The notes: a model not told the origin generated them from the letters alone. A stretch of 58,945 nucleotides of DNA, filler included, from Sluysia triapertura (GCA_046118255.1; 4 parts of 4 records of this genome joined end to end with filler, not necessarily neighbours in it); one strand, 5' to 3'. Positions 11,310-24,695 are shown, counted from the first letter of the whole stretch. A program made the numbers and translations.

Positions 11310-11407
11310 AATATTAATGTTAGACTTATTTAAATGGACTGCCGGGGATCGAACCCGGGACCTCTCGCTGCACAATTTAATGCTCTATCCCTGAGCTATC
11401 ATCTTCC
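11310..11407 (-). mobile_element. tRNA-derived SINE head (tRNA-Ala-like), copy 1
   Basis: Minus strand GGAAGATGATAGCTCAGGGATAGAGC...GCGAGAGGTCCCGGGTTCGATCCCCGGCAGTCCA has A and B boxes and an intact T arm, but the anticodon stem is broken. The 3' tail is shared with the copy at 53975. Confidence 0.75.
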
Positions 11408-12498
11408 TCTAACAATTTTATATTTCTATAGTCCACTATACTGCATGGCCTTTTACCCAACATTAATAATATGTGACATATTTTCCAAATCGACATCATT
11501 AATACATTCATCCGAAACCTTGGAAAATTGCAGAATGATATATACGCAAATAGTCCTCATTCTGATTTGGGCCATTTTCCATAGTAGAGTAAAGAATCTA
11601 AAAAATAATTAATTATACTTAAATAAAAAATACGTTTTGATATTTTTCATGGTCGAATACAAGTTTTGCTTTTATAATCTATATTATTCTCGTCTTCTTG
11701 CATTTCGTCATGTTGCTGTTCTAGTATTAATGTGTTTTTAGGGGATGGATTTCTTTACTACTATTGTTTAACGAGGTACAAGTTTAGTTTTATATATCTA
11801 TAATTTGTTAATAATGGCATTGATAGGTTTGAGCTTAGTGAACCTAAGTTAGCTTCTGAAATAATTACGTTATGCTTTGAGTTTCGCTGAGTAGAAAAAT
11901 TATCAATACCTACTTTGAAGTAGATTTTAACTTCTTTAATGATAGTGGTCTTAAAGATATAATGCTATAATAAAATAAACTATTAATGGATTAATATCCC
12001 ACGCTTCATAATTGTTGCAACTAGTTTATTTATTTTTTGATTTCCGATAACTTTTATTCATTCACATTTGTATGGTCCTACATTTGTGTCATATAAAGTG
12101 TATCTTCCTAAATTCTTTGTGTGTTTGATTTCTGGATATATTAGATTATTATTATGTTTACTGGATTTTTCTACGAAAACATCTAACTAATCCTCGCAAA
12201 ATAACTAGAGGCCAGTTCGTCTAATAAGCGCGACTTAAATCTATGAAAATGACTAGGAATTTAAAATCTGTCACGTAGTTTTTTACAATATCTACTGTAT
12301 CAAATAAGAAATTACACTTTGAACTAGCCTTAGTATGGTCTATCAGGTAACAATATAAAGATTAAGCTAGCCTTCTAACGGTCTAGTAAATAACAATACT
12401 TGTTAAAATTTAATCTACCAAAAACAAAAAACGATGAAGACTATATTTTTAATATAAACTTAAATTTCACAATAATAATATACAAACAGGTAAATCAA

Positions 12499-12541
<43 letters not shown>
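12499..12541. repeat. (AAT)n microsatellite
   Basis: Read directly. Confidence 0.9.
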
Positions 12542-14152
12542 TAAAATATACTCAAGGAATCTAATTCCTTAGTACGAAAAGATTCTAAAGTTACTAAGTA
12601 AATATTTTAAGTCCTCCTAATTAAAATGAGGACGAAAAAACCTAACAAAAATGATATTACTTTTACTGACTTGAAAAATCTTCTTGGACGATTATTTGAA
12701 ATTGATTAATTAAAAAAAAGAAAATAATTATTTTAAAATTCATTTAAAATTTTATTTCATTTAATTAATTTATTTTTATATTTAAATTTTCTATTATAAT
12801 AAATGACATACATTTTAAAAAATAACATGAAACAATTATAAAATTTATAAAATCAAACAATTAATAAAATAAAACATCAATTAAATTTATACAAAATTTA
12901 TAAGTCAATGCATGTCAACAAAATTTATATGTCAACATGTACTTTAGTCATGTGTTATTTTAATCATACTAATTAATATTTAATGTTTATACTTTTCGTA
13001 TTGCAATTTTTACTGTTGAAATGTTTTTGTACAATGAAAACAAGTATCATTAGTACCAAGGCTCTGATAATTTAAAATGATTTTACGCTACTTATGTGTA
13101 AATTTTATATTTCCAAACCCATTACAAAATAAAAAATTATTTTTCAACCTCAGTATATTCTTAAAAGCATAAAAACAAAATAAAAAGCACTAAAATCAAT
13201 ATTTTCGATTTCTCAGAACAATTGATCGTGATCCAAGCTATATTTTCTATGCTGTGTTTTGTTTTCTTAAGAGCAAGAATAAAAGAATATGGTGAGTTCA
13301 CAAACATACCAGATTTACCGGTTAGGAGGTCAATATAAAAATTATAGTTAAGTAGTTAAATCAATATTCTTATAAAGGATCTAGTCAATTATTTATTTAG
13401 TTTATGGCAATGAATTTTACGATGAAACCGTTAAAAGGATTCAAAAATAAGATAAAATTCGCGGAAAGTACAATGTTAATTTTAGGTATTTTCAATTTAT
13501 TAAAAACAAAAGTTTGAATCACTAAAGGGTATTACAATACAATGAGATTAGTACAATAAAGATATAACTATCAGATAATAATATTATAAAATTAACTTAA
13601 AACAGTTAATTCAATCGATTAATTATTTTAATAATGATTTTATGAAGGAACTATTAAAAAGTTCCACAGTTTATTACAAAATTAAATTTAAGTCAAATGG
13701 TACTCTGTACATAACAGGTACGAATCTTAAAAATAATAAACTAATGGTTGACTAATTTAAATAAAAAAATCAGTTCCTTGAATCTTCTGAAAATGGATTT
13801 TTCACAAAATTAGACTTTTACAAATTGTAAAAGCTTGATTTATGTTGTAAAAATTACCATCTTATATACTATTCTGGAAGTTAATGATTTAAACAGAGTT
13901 GTAAATATGGCAATTTATTCTATTATCTGACAATCTTAAAGTTACTTTTAAATTTGAATTTAATTTAATTTTAATCGTATTTACTCGAAAATTAAATTTT
14001 ATTGTAATTAACTCTATACAAATATTCTGCTTAAATAACATTAACAAAAAATCATAAAGGAAAGATTTGAAATAAAAACAAAAATTTATTTTTATGAACA
14101 TTTATATTCAGAATTTTTATATACGTGAATTTTTTGTCAACTAGTGTTGTAC

Positions 14153-14757
14153 CTATAATAAAAATGTGATAACAATGATTGTTAATAAAATAATAATAAA
14201 AGTATTACTTACATTATATTTAAATACTTCATTTATGTAGTAACAAAAGTCAGCAACACACGTATTATCTTGAATTACGTGAAAACCTTTGATCATAAGC
14301 CACTCGGATTTATAAGATTGGTCTTGGTGGCATGCAGATATGATATTATTTCTTTGTTGATTATAGGTTTTCTCGCTGATGTAATCATTTCTACTAGTTT
14401 TCTTGATTTCACATTTATTATACATATCTTTTATAGTGTTAATTTCATTTTGGTGATTATGGTAACTCGTGTACACGATGTTGTCATCATTCTGAATGCA
14501 TTCGGAGTTAATCTTAGTTTCATAATCGTCTAGTATAAAGTGGTTACAGTATTCTTCATCAATTTTAATTAAATAATTACTAAAACTTCAATGTTGTTAT
14601 AAAGAAAATTGGTAGTAGCTTCATCCTTGAATATTGTATGCTTTTTGCGTCTATAATCATCAATTTTACGAAAACCGCTAATGAAATTCATGGATTTTGT
14701 AACAATACCTTTATTGATATGGAATAAATTGTTTGAAAATTCATTGTTTAATAGCAT
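14153..14757 (-). pseudogene. Frameshifted gene of unknown function with a C-terminal hydrophobic segment
   Basis: Two consecutive minus-strand ORFs (14569-14757, 14153-14476) bridged by an open frame IKIDEEYCNHFILDDY. Confidence 0.35.
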
Positions 14758-15346
14758 ATTGTAAAGTTTAAAGTCAAGTTTATATTAGTCAATTTATATT
14801 AAATAACAAGTTTATATTAGTCAATTTATATTAAATAATTTAGTCGTTTATATAGTCTAAAGTCTATAAAAGTTAAACATTTTATTTCATAATTATTTTA
14901 AAGTTTTAAAATTTTAAATCAACATAATTTACTTGGAAACTTATTAAAATTTATTGGAAATTTATTTATATATGAGATCGTCCAAATAATAATGTGAGTA
15001 TATTATTATTGAATAATCTTTATTATTTTTATTAACATTGTAAATTATTAAAATTATTATATTATTATTAATGAAAATTATTGTAAATTAAAATTATATT
15101 CATATTTTAAAAAATATTAATAAGTCGTTTAATTTAAAATTATTTTAATAAAATTTTTTATTAATTATTTTGTTTTAATGAGCAAAAATTCTTATAAATA
15201 GACATGACAAAATCAAAAAAGACACAACATTTTTACAAATTATTTTACAACACAACGTTTCTTACAAGTTATTCTCCGAGCTTCTTCGTGAACCATTATT
15301 AATATTTTCCATTTACGTGGACGACAAGATTTTTGTATTGAGCTCT

Positions 15347-15415
15347 TCAGTTATTCTGACATCAGTTTTTCAGTTATTGTGGCATCAGCTTCTCAGTTAT
15401 TGTGGCATCAGCTCT
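15347..15415. repeat. 23-bp tandem repeat x3
   Basis: TCAGTTATT(C/G)TG(A/G)CATCAG(T/C)TYY three times. Confidence 0.85.
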
Positions 15416-15566
15416 TGATTTTGTTATTGTTAGTCTATTTATATAAGTTTTTGGCAATTTTTAATAATTGCCCAAGTAAAATCACACTTAAACTTATTGA
15501 TAATTCAAAAGTTTCTTATAAGAGAAACTAAGCAAACTCTATTTAAAAAATTCATTAAATTCAGGA

Positions 15567-15666
15567 NNNNNNNNNNNNNNNNNNNNNNNNNNNNNNNNNN
15601 NNNNNNNNNNTTAATTAATTAANNNNNNNNNNNNNNNNNNNNNNNNNNNNNNNNNNNNNNNNNNNN
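15567..15666. other. Assembly linker N44-TTAATTAATTAA-N44
   Basis: The identical 100-bp structure recurs at 31320-31419 and 45422-45521. The 12-mer gives stops in all six frames. Confidence 0.95.
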
Positions 15667-15801
15667 TATTATTTAATTTAGTGAAGTTATTATGAATATT
15701 ATTTATTATTATTATTATTTAATTAATAGATATTATTATTATTTTTAAATGAATATTATTATTATTGTTATTTTTAAATGATCATTATTTTTAAATGAAT
15801 A

Positions 15802-15932
15802 NNNNNNNNNNNNNNNNNNNNNNNNNNNNNNNNNNNNNNNNNNNNNNNNNNNNNNNNNNNNNNNNNNNNNNNNNNNNNNNNNNNNNNNNNNNNNNNNNNN
15901 NNNNNNNNNNNNNNNNNNNNNNNNNNNNNNNN
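15802..15932. other. Assembly gap
   Basis: Run of N. Confidence 0.99.
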
Positions 15933-15989
15933 ACTATGACAGTATATATTAAACTAATTTAAACATAATTGCAGCTACTGTTCAACATA

Positions 15990-16400
15990 TTTAATAGTAC
16001 TGTAACGTAATATTTAATTTTTCATTTTTAAAAAATTATTCTTAATTATTTTCAAATTTTAAAATTAAATCTAAAATTTATTTAATTTCAATTTATTCAA
16101 AAAATACAAATATTTCAAAGTAAAATTAAAATCATTATCATTAAGATTATAATGCTTTACATCAATTTAAAATGAGATTTAATAGAGTTAGTATAAATTC
16201 AAAATTTAATAACATATGGCAATTAATTTTAAATAGAAATTAAATATATAATCATATTAAATTGCGAATCCATAAAGAGAATGTAAAATCTATTAGAAAT
16301 CATTTCAATACGTAGGTTAAAATCATGTTAAATTGAGATTCAATAAAACTAGTAAACAATTAAAAATTAGTAACATTATTCTCGATTAGAATTAAGTTAA
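15990..16400. repeat. Dispersed AT-rich repeat; inverted copy at ~38610-39070 and a weaker relative near 1880-1950
   Basis: TCAATTTAAAATGAGATT...TATAAATTCAAAATTTA and CTAGTA..CAATTAAAAATTA..AACATTATTCTCGAT match the reverse complement of 38620-38975. Confidence 0.65.
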
Positions 16401-17433
16401 ATTAAAGATTGGACAGAATGTAGTGAATAATGTTATACTAAATTTAAAAGCATTATAATCGAGAAAAATTATACTAAAATATGAATAAATACAATGTATA
16501 TATAATTAAAATTTATTAGCATATTTTTTGAATGGAGGATGATATTTGTTATTCAAAATTAATATTATATTGATGTTATTAAAATTATTATTATTATCAT
16601 TATTATTATCACTATTTTTAATCACCATATAACTAACAAAAATTTTATTGAAATTATTATTACTCTTATAATTATTTTGCATTGAAATTATTACAATCGC
16701 TCACTGTATAAAGCATTACTATTTGTGTTCATTAATACTATTATTATTATTTGCGTAGAATTATCGTTTTTATTACAGATTAAAATTTATTCTATAATAT
16801 CTGAATACTTCATATACAACCACGGAAATAAATTTTGGAATAAAAAGATCATTGCGAGGTTTATCAAATATATCGCGTTAAACAGATCTATTGAAATTGT
16901 ATTAGTGATTATCAAGTCGAACAAATTGAACAAGATAGACTAAGCACAAATATTTATTTGTAATACAGGACAAATATCGAAGGTAAGTAGCAAGTATTAT
17001 AACCTCCATCAAAAAATAAAATTCACCAATAATACTAATAATTTTAATATTTTCATTAACATTAAATTAACCTATCCATATTTTATTAAACATTTAAATA
17101 AGTTATATTTTAATAATATCTGTAATTTTAATATTAACTGCTCTGTTGAATTATTTATTTGATTATTTTAATTATTGTATTGAAAGTATTGAGTAATAAA
17201 TTTTATCACGTATAAATTCTAACTCATGTATATGTATAGAAAATATAAAGAATATAAAGAATAAGATCGTGTTTAAGAGTGTTAAAGGTTTATGCGTTTT
17301 TCATTTTGAAGTCTTTACAAGAATAATAATAACAATAATTTTATTGTTCTTGTTATTATTATTATTGTATTATTCTTGCACTTTTAAATTATATAATTAT
17401 CAATCAATTTCGACTAAATTAATTTTGGTAGTC

Positions 17434-17720
17434 ACCATCATCAGTAGTGACTGTTTGTCACCTGCACATCACTACTGATGGTGGTTCAATGTCAATAATC
17501 TAAAATTAACCTTTTAATTAATTTTATTCAATACCCATTCAGAGTATACATATCTACAACTCTAACAATACTCTGATTGGGCAAGTAAAAATAGCTCAAT
17601 TAAAATCCACACAATTGAAAATAAGCAATAAAAATTTTTCAGACAGAGCAATAAAAATAGATCAATAAAATTTTTGTGTTTCAATAAAAAATTTGTTCAG
17701 ACGAAAATTTTCCAGACAAA
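17434..17720 (+). promoter_or_regulatory. Upstream cassette, copy 2: hairpin, inverted-CCAAT palindrome and short repeats
   Basis: ACCATCATCAGTAGTGA / TCACTACTGATGGTGGT (17434-17485). CCCATTCAGAGTA-n22-TACTCTGATTGGG (17534-17581). Repeated CAATAAAAA and TTCAGAC units run up to the ATG at 17721. Confidence 0.55.
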
Positions 17721-19394
17721 ATGTATGATCATTTTATTACATATTACATTAATGTCGATGCAAGATCAAAATTGTTTTTAGTGTATACTTCAATTGATGT
17801 TTTATGTCATTCCAATCATTATATGATGATAATTTATACAGAACAAAAAGATAAAGAATTTTCCTCGTTATTACGAACCATCCATAGTGTGAAAACTTTT
17901 AATGATTATATAATTATATCAAGAACTAAAGATCCGAAAATGTACTATTTGGATTTATCAAAAGAATTATTTGAAGAATTAAATAATTTAATATTGTTTT
18001 CAATTAAGGCTATCAACAGCGATAAGATAGATGATTTGTATCGAATTGTAATTAAACCTATTTTCAAGATTAATATAAATTGCTGGAATCTATTTAAACT
18101 AAAGCATGAATTCTTAGAATCTCTTCTATCAAGAATGTGGGCCCACCTTCCAAAATTGTTATCTTTTAATAATTACAATTACGATAAATATGTTATGATT
18201 CCATTTTATGTTAGTTATGAAAATAATTTTATATTATTTAGAATATATGCAAATGATCGTTTTTTAATTCTAGTATATTACCATGATAGAAATAGGCTTA
18301 AATTAGTACGATGTAGCCAACATCCTGATATGACATTAAAATTTAATTCCATTGATCTAATAATCAAATCATTGTCATATGGATTTAAAAGTATACAATT
18401 AAGAATGAAATCAGTTTTAACTAAATCTCCAACGATAAAAGTTAAACTACCCAAGAATGATAAATTAGTATTTGATAAAGTTGGAAACATGTTGACAGAC
18501 CTCTATAAATTGGTCGAAGCTGAACATTATAATCACTACATTAATGCAGTAAATCAGAAAATAAGTCAATATCTATTACGAGTAATTTCCAGCAATGTGT
18601 TCGACACAATACAAAATGTAGTTCAAGTTAGTCAAACTTTGGTTCAAACCACATTGCCTCATTCCGTTATGACATATGTATTAATAGTTGAGACAAGATA
18701 TGATCATGAATTAAATTCGTTATGTATTTTACCATTAATTCTGCTACCAGAGATTGGAACCATACAAGGGAGTCGTCAATTCTTCCTACCAATCCTGAAA
18801 TACGTATTAACAGTCGCAGACAAATTTTGTAAGCATTTTATCAGCATAAATTTTGTTAGTTTTAAGTTAACTTATTTACCTAATTGTTTTTTAGTCAATC
18901 AAGGAAATCATGGAATCATGAAATATTGGCTAGTTGGATGTGGAAATTGTTTTGATCCAGTTATTATAAATCTTAAAAATTGGAAAATAAATTTTTATCT
19001 TTTAAATTCTATTTGTTTAATAATATATTTTAATAGGAGAATTTTATTGTTAACACATCAGTTCCACACTAAAAATTTTATCATGGTCGTTGAGATAAAA
19101 TATATTATTAAGATCAACTTTAAAAATACATTTAAAGCATATTATTATTTGAATAATTATAAATATAATCATAAGATTCAAAAGAGAGCGAAAAGTATTA
19201 CGACGATCAAATTCAACAAAGTAAAGAATACATCGAACATCCAAATACTATGTTTTAGGTTAAATAGTCACCACATAAATGCGTTATATACGTTCTTAAT
19301 TCTTAAAATGTCATTGAAGATTATCTTTTGCGATAAAGCTAGTAAGACGCCCTCAAATCTAGCTTATACATTAAACACAAATATTAAGTTCTAA
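17721..19394 (+). CDS. Hypothetical 557-aa intronless protein
   Basis: Long uninterrupted ATG-initiated ORF in very AT-rich DNA, unlikely by chance; no recognisable domain. Confidence 0.65.
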   Translation: MYDHFITYYINVDARSKLFLVYTSIDVLCHSNHYMMIIYTEQKDKEFSSLLRTIHSVKTFNDYIIISRTKDPKMYYLDLSKELFEELNNLILFSIKAINSDKIDDLYRIVIKPIFKININCWNLFKLKHEFLESLLSRMWAHLPKLLSFNNYNYDKYVMIPFYVSYENNFILFRIYANDRFLILVYYHDRNRLKLVRCSQHPDMTLKFNSIDLIIKSLSYGFKSIQLRMKSVLTKSPTIKVKLPKNDKLVFDKVGNMLTDLYKLVEAEHYNHYINAVNQKISQYLLRVISSNVFDTIQNVVQVSQTLVQTTLPHSVMTYVLIVETRYDHELNSLCILPLILLPEIGTIQGSRQFFLPILKYVLTVADKFCKHFISINFVSFKLTYLPNCFLVNQGNHGIMKYWLVGCGNCFDPVIINLKNWKINFYLLNSICLIIYFNRRILLLTHQFHTKNFIMVVEIKYIIKINFKNTFKAYYYLNNYKYNHKIQKRAKSITTIKFNKVKNTSNIQILCFRLNSHHINALYTFLILKMSLKIIFCDKASKTPSNLAYTLNTNIKF

Positions 19395-21599
19395 AATTTA
19401 ATTTTAAAACTTCCCTCAAAATACTATTCAAAATTAACTTCTGCAATAACATCCTCTAAAACATTCTTAATATTATTAATTCTTATTTTTTTCAAATGGT
19501 GGAACAGAAAAAAGAAAAGTCATACACAGCAGCCAAGATTTTAAATTAAAAATCATAACGAATAAATTTTTATGCAATTTTCGTCTTCTTTTCATTATTG
19601 AAAAGTTAATTGTACAGTTTAATTTTCAAAATTCAAAAGAAAAATCTCTAATGTTGTTTAATAATATAATTAGTAAATGTAAAATAAAATACAAATTAAA
19701 TTTTAATTTTGATATAAAAATAAATAATCATTATAACCCACAACAAAAATGGTGTCATGAGTTCAAAAGAACTGAAACTCCATCAAAATTCGAAAATGAC
19801 AATATCTAGTTTATTTGATTAATTATATTTAATTCAAGTTGAATAACTTAATTTATCAATTGATAAATTTATCAATTTAATTTATCACATTATATCAATT
19901 TAGAAAATGCAGATGTATTACTTTATATAGATGCTAGAAAGGTAAATATTCAGTATTTAAAATATATTAGATAATATTCAAATTTTGGTATATAAATTTA
20001 AATATAAATCATTCATCTGTTAAAATACAACAAATTTCTGGTTTTGAAGAGAAACAATTGTCAAAATTTATTTTTATTGAAAGCAAAATTAAAAACTTAT
20101 AAATAATTACTAATATATATATTTATATATATGTAATTCATAATCTAAAACAATAGTTTTATTTTGATTAATATTACTAATAATAGCATTATTATATTAC
20201 AAATAATTTCATCATATATTTTGCAAGTACCGAAAATTCTTATGTAATACTTTATTAATATTTAAACAATTGAAGTATGTTTTACTCTCATTCATTATTT
20301 TTATTATCTACAGGTTATAATCGTAATATTAATAATAATTATAACACAATGGATATCATAAGCAATATACAAAATTATTATAATAGCAATTATTATAATT
20401 ATTAGATTCTTATTATTATACAATATTCTTATTACTCGTTAATATAAGTAGCCTAACAGTTGGTTTTTATAATTTCTATTTTAATAAAGCCACATGATTA
20501 TTACTTATTCTGGCACTCCCGTTTGATCTATAATCTTTATTGACTTACTAATTAAATGTGTTTCTTGTACGCTTTTTGCATTTTCATTTGTTTACTTTTG
20601 ATTTCAGGACTACTTAAGGTGTCTGCTTTAAAAGTGAAATATTTTAGATGCACTTTATTTACATTTTTAATTCAAAATGTTTTAGATTTATTTGAAAATC
20701 TATTTATTATTTAAATACAATAAATTTCATCACAAAAGCGATGAATTTGAAAAATGCTAGTTGCATTTCATGTAGTAATATAATAAATATCGATAGTAAT
20801 AATAAGTAAAAAAACGTTAAATTGTGTTTGGAATTTCGGGGATTTTACGATGTACGATATTATAAGAATTTTGGTGGTATTTTATGTGTATTTTTTGATG
20901 ATTTGATATGTTGAAGTTTGTTTTGTATCTTACTTATAAGGAGTATACTTTTTTGTGTTTGATTGCAATTTTGTTTACAATTATAATTTACTAATTTTGA
21001 GTTAACTATAATGTAAACTACTGACTTTAATAATTGTTAGCGAAGTGACGCTGATCGATTTATTTCAGCCTATCATGTTTAAATTAATTTTTAAATTCAA
21101 AATTACATTCATTTAAATTCATTTAATTAGATGTAATTATTATTATTACTATCAGTATTATTATCATTATTGTTGTCATTTTTATTACTATTACTATTAT
21201 CATTATTATTAAATAATTATTCTCATTATTATTACTATTATTAATATCATTAATAGTACTATTATTATTTCTAAATATGGCTTTGGTGATGACAATTTTA
21301 TTAATATTGCATATCATTTGCAATGATTTCTATAACCATTGGCATACATAAATGTATCCTACATATCATCACCTCATTATATCTAATACAAACTACAAAG
21401 TCTTCAATGAAATCTTTAGTATTAAATATTTCAATATTTTTATTATCACACATTCATAAATTTACACAAAACTCAAACAAGAATATATCTTATACCTCAT
21501 CATCTCATCACATTTAAAACACATCTTAAACAACATCACTTATGCATTCAATATAAATTACAAATATTACAAATTATTATTACTTAAATTATAAAAATC

Positions 21600-22200
21600 A
21601 GTTTTTTTTATATTCCCAAGCATCGAAATTTTTATCTTCTTTAAAGCCTTTATTGAGCGCTTTGTCAAGGTAGAGAAGCTGAAATCTGAAAATAAATAAA
21701 TAAATAATTAAATAATAATAGAAAGAAAAACTTACCCTATTTGGTATAAAATTACTAAAAATAAATATTACTAATATTAATAAGAAGCTTACTAAATATT
21801 TTCTTCATCACCAAATGGTTATCTAAAACTAAAAATAAATATTAATAATATTATTAATAATTTCTTACCGGAGATACAAAAAGACCATTGAGGTCACAAA
21901 GAAAGCTCAATTCAATTTATTGACTGAAAAATAAAGAGTTTACTTAGCAGATTTTGTGGTTTAACTGGTAACGCAATTTCTGAAAAAACAATTGACATTA
22001 AAAGGAGCTTGATAAATCAATCGTTTTTGGTAACATAAATCTATTCGTCGATGAAATATTAGTAAACCCAATCAGTTGTCAATAATAGTGATCTTCAGTA
22101 TTTAACATCTGCTCGTTGGAAAAGTTCGCGTATTAGATTTCTGTGTGACCTGAATAAAGAATTTATTTGATTTTGAGATCGAGATTTTTTTGAAACTATC
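21600..22200 (-). pseudogene. Unidentified multi-exon gene fragment with micro-introns
   Basis: Minus-strand GTAAG...(T/C)AG introns at 21686-21735 (50 nt), 21755-21792 (38 nt) and 21829-21868 (40 nt), separated by 19-nt and ~30-36-nt exons. No clean open frame was recovered. Confidence 0.55.
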
Positions 22201-24265
22201 AGAAAGCTTTTTATGTTAAGTTTTAATCTCTGTTAGGATATATAAATAATACTCAAAATCTTAATAATTACGTTTAGTTTCTGATAGACATAAAATCACT
22301 TTTAAAATTTGAATGTCATTTTTAGAAACCTTTCTAATAATAATTTTAATTTATTTTTATTATTAATTGAAGTAAATTGTTATATATTCTTCGTTTTTGA
22401 TAATATATTTTGTAGTGTTACGTCGTTGATTTAATTAATTTTTAAAGTAATTTCTGAGTTGACAAAACCGAAGTAAGCATAATATTTTAATTGATATTTA
22501 GGATTTACAAACAGTTATTAAGCTAAAGAAGCATAAATATAAAGTAAATTAAAAAGTAACCATAATTAAGGAAGCGAATCCTTTAGGAATGTGCGTACAA
22601 AAGAGTTCTTTTATAGAATTAATCATTTAGATTAAGAAAGAGATTAATCTTTGAAGGGAATAAAGTTTATAGGTGATTAATAAAAGAAAGTTAGGACATA
22701 AGCTAATTGTCAGAAGTTTTCTAAGTATAATAGACTATAGATTTACAATCTTTGTTAGTAATTACAAGAAGAGTACACATTTGCATATATTTCAATTACA
22801 AGAAAAGTTTTTTAAGTTTACGTGCTGTTACTTAGGATTAAAGCGTACATCGTAAGCTGACCTTTAGAATTAAATAATAAATTTGCAAAGTATAAGGAAA
22901 TACTAGCAGCTTTATACTTTGTACATTCTTATCTAAACTTTTTTCCTACTCATGTTTTATTTTGATGTTTGGTAAACTTTTCATCAAAGATGTAATAGTA
23001 AACAAGATCATTTTAATTATTTACTGTTGAAAATATATTTAATACATTTGATAAAGATTACAAGAAATATTTGTTAAAAACAGTCTAAAACAGGCTACCG
23101 TACTTTATTTGATTTTAAGTTAACGAGAATTAAGCTAGTTGAATATTATGAAAATTGCGATTTACGAAAGACTAATAATGAATTAATAGGTTTTTCATTG
23201 AAATATTTTATAGAATTAATGAAAGAAAGTGACGTAATAAAGTATATACTGATCATTTGATCATTTGTGCGACGATTCACACAATTTAGTCAAAATCATG
23301 TCACCAAGTCACTTTATATGAATACGACGTACTCGACTCAATCATCCGACACAGTGACATGATCCATATTTTGGAAGTGATTAAAGATAAATTTCATTTC
23401 GTTCACTTTCTTATCTTTGTGTCAATAAATGCACAACGTTTCTATTCTGATTTTAATATTTTGTTGGTAAAAGGCTTTAATTTTAATAAATTTATTTGCA
23501 AGTCCGAAATTAATAATCATCTATAAAAACCAGGAGTTTTTGAATACAATATAAAAATAATACTTTGATGTGTTGTAAAATAAATCTTTATTCATTTAAG
23601 CTAAAATTGTGTTTATAAAATCAATAATTCATATATTTATAGATCTCAAATAGTATGTTTATAAATTTTTGTATAATATATTTCAATTTAATACAAATCT
23701 TTAGAATAATATTTTAGGATTCATTTAATTTAATGCAAATTAAGTAAGATTTTATTTTAAATTTTACTACAATAATTTTAATACCTTTTAATACAATAAT
23801 TTTAATATTCTTTTTAACGTAAAGGAATATATTCGTTTTAATTTGTGTTGTTTTAATGACCCCAAGGTCATTCATTTTTGTATATATAGATGACCATTTT
23901 TACCATAAACATAAATAAATCTTTGTAAAGTTTTCAAGTGCTCCAAGAAGAAGGGAACGCTTCCGTAGCTATTTTGATTACTAGAGGATCCAATTTTTTG
24001 TTAAAAAACATTATCGTTAGTTTTATATTATTAAATCTTTTCACAGTATTTATAACTGTTTATTTAAAATCAACTTAAAATCTGATTATTCCGCTACTAT
24101 TTCAAAGTAGCTTATTAAAATTAATTTTTAAAATCAATTATTTAAAGGATTATTCTGAGAAAAGATAATCTTATCAAATTCATATTATAATCTTTTATCT
24201 GTATATAATTTTATTTATTTGTTAATAAAGTATTTTGTATTAATTGTTGAATTTTAATCACATTA

Positions 24266-24695
24266 CAGGTTCTAGTAAGAACCTTATTAACCCTTTCACT
24301 ACCAAACCTTTTTTTGGTCCCATTTTATAATATTAACTTAATTGGCTAATAACTTATGCCATGGCATAATTGAAAAAATGTAACCGACCAGATGATTTCA
24401 CGTCATTCAATAAACATTACACAACCATTGGGACGATCTGTTAGGCTGTTTAAAGCTACTTTTAACCCACTGATGTAGAACATTGTTTCTCTGGGACCCA
24501 TCGTCCCATTGGTAGTCAAAGGGTTAAAATGCACTAAAATTTCTTTTGAAAAAGGTTCGATTTAGAACCTAATCAAAATATTTTATAACCGATAAAGATT
24601 CATTTTAAGAACCTTATTAAAATCATTAATTTAAAGGTACAATTTAAGAACCAAATTAAATTATCAACAGGTTCAAAGTAAGAACCTCATTAAAA
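24266..24695. repeat. Array of about five degenerate palindromes (AGGTTC-n7/8-GAACC) interrupted by a MITE
   Basis: Units near 24266, 24552, 24596, 24634 and 24668. Confidence 0.7.
24291..24523. mobile_element. piggyBac-type MITE (233 bp)
   Basis: TTAA target duplication (24287-24290, 24524-24527). TIR CCCTTTCACTACCAA / TTGGTAGTCAAAGGG matches at 14/15. Subterminal palindrome TGGGACCCATCGTCCCA. Confidence 0.9.

Noticed and set aside
11335-11407. Functional tRNA gene
   Set aside because: The anticodon stem does not pair, the acceptor stem is poor, and a second copy shares the non-tRNA tail, so it is better read as a SINE.
12205-12240. Possible Helitron 3' end on the minus strand (weak hairpin followed by CTAG|T)
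   Set aside because: The hairpin is imperfect, and no second copy or matching 5' end was found.
15611-15622. TTAATTAATTAA islands inside N runs (also 31364-31375 and 45466-45477)
   Set aside because: Identical 44N-12-44N layout three times; an artificial all-frame-stop linker, not biology.
21123-21517. Short ORFs rich in I/N/L/F (also 16725, 17269, 42196, 42462, 51210, 51674 and antisense ORFs inside longer genes)
   Set aside because: By-products of AT-rich low-complexity sequence or of the opposite-strand CDS.
24266-24695. CRISPR-like array
   Set aside because: Repeats are degenerate with very short spacers, there are no cas genes, and the context is eukaryotic.
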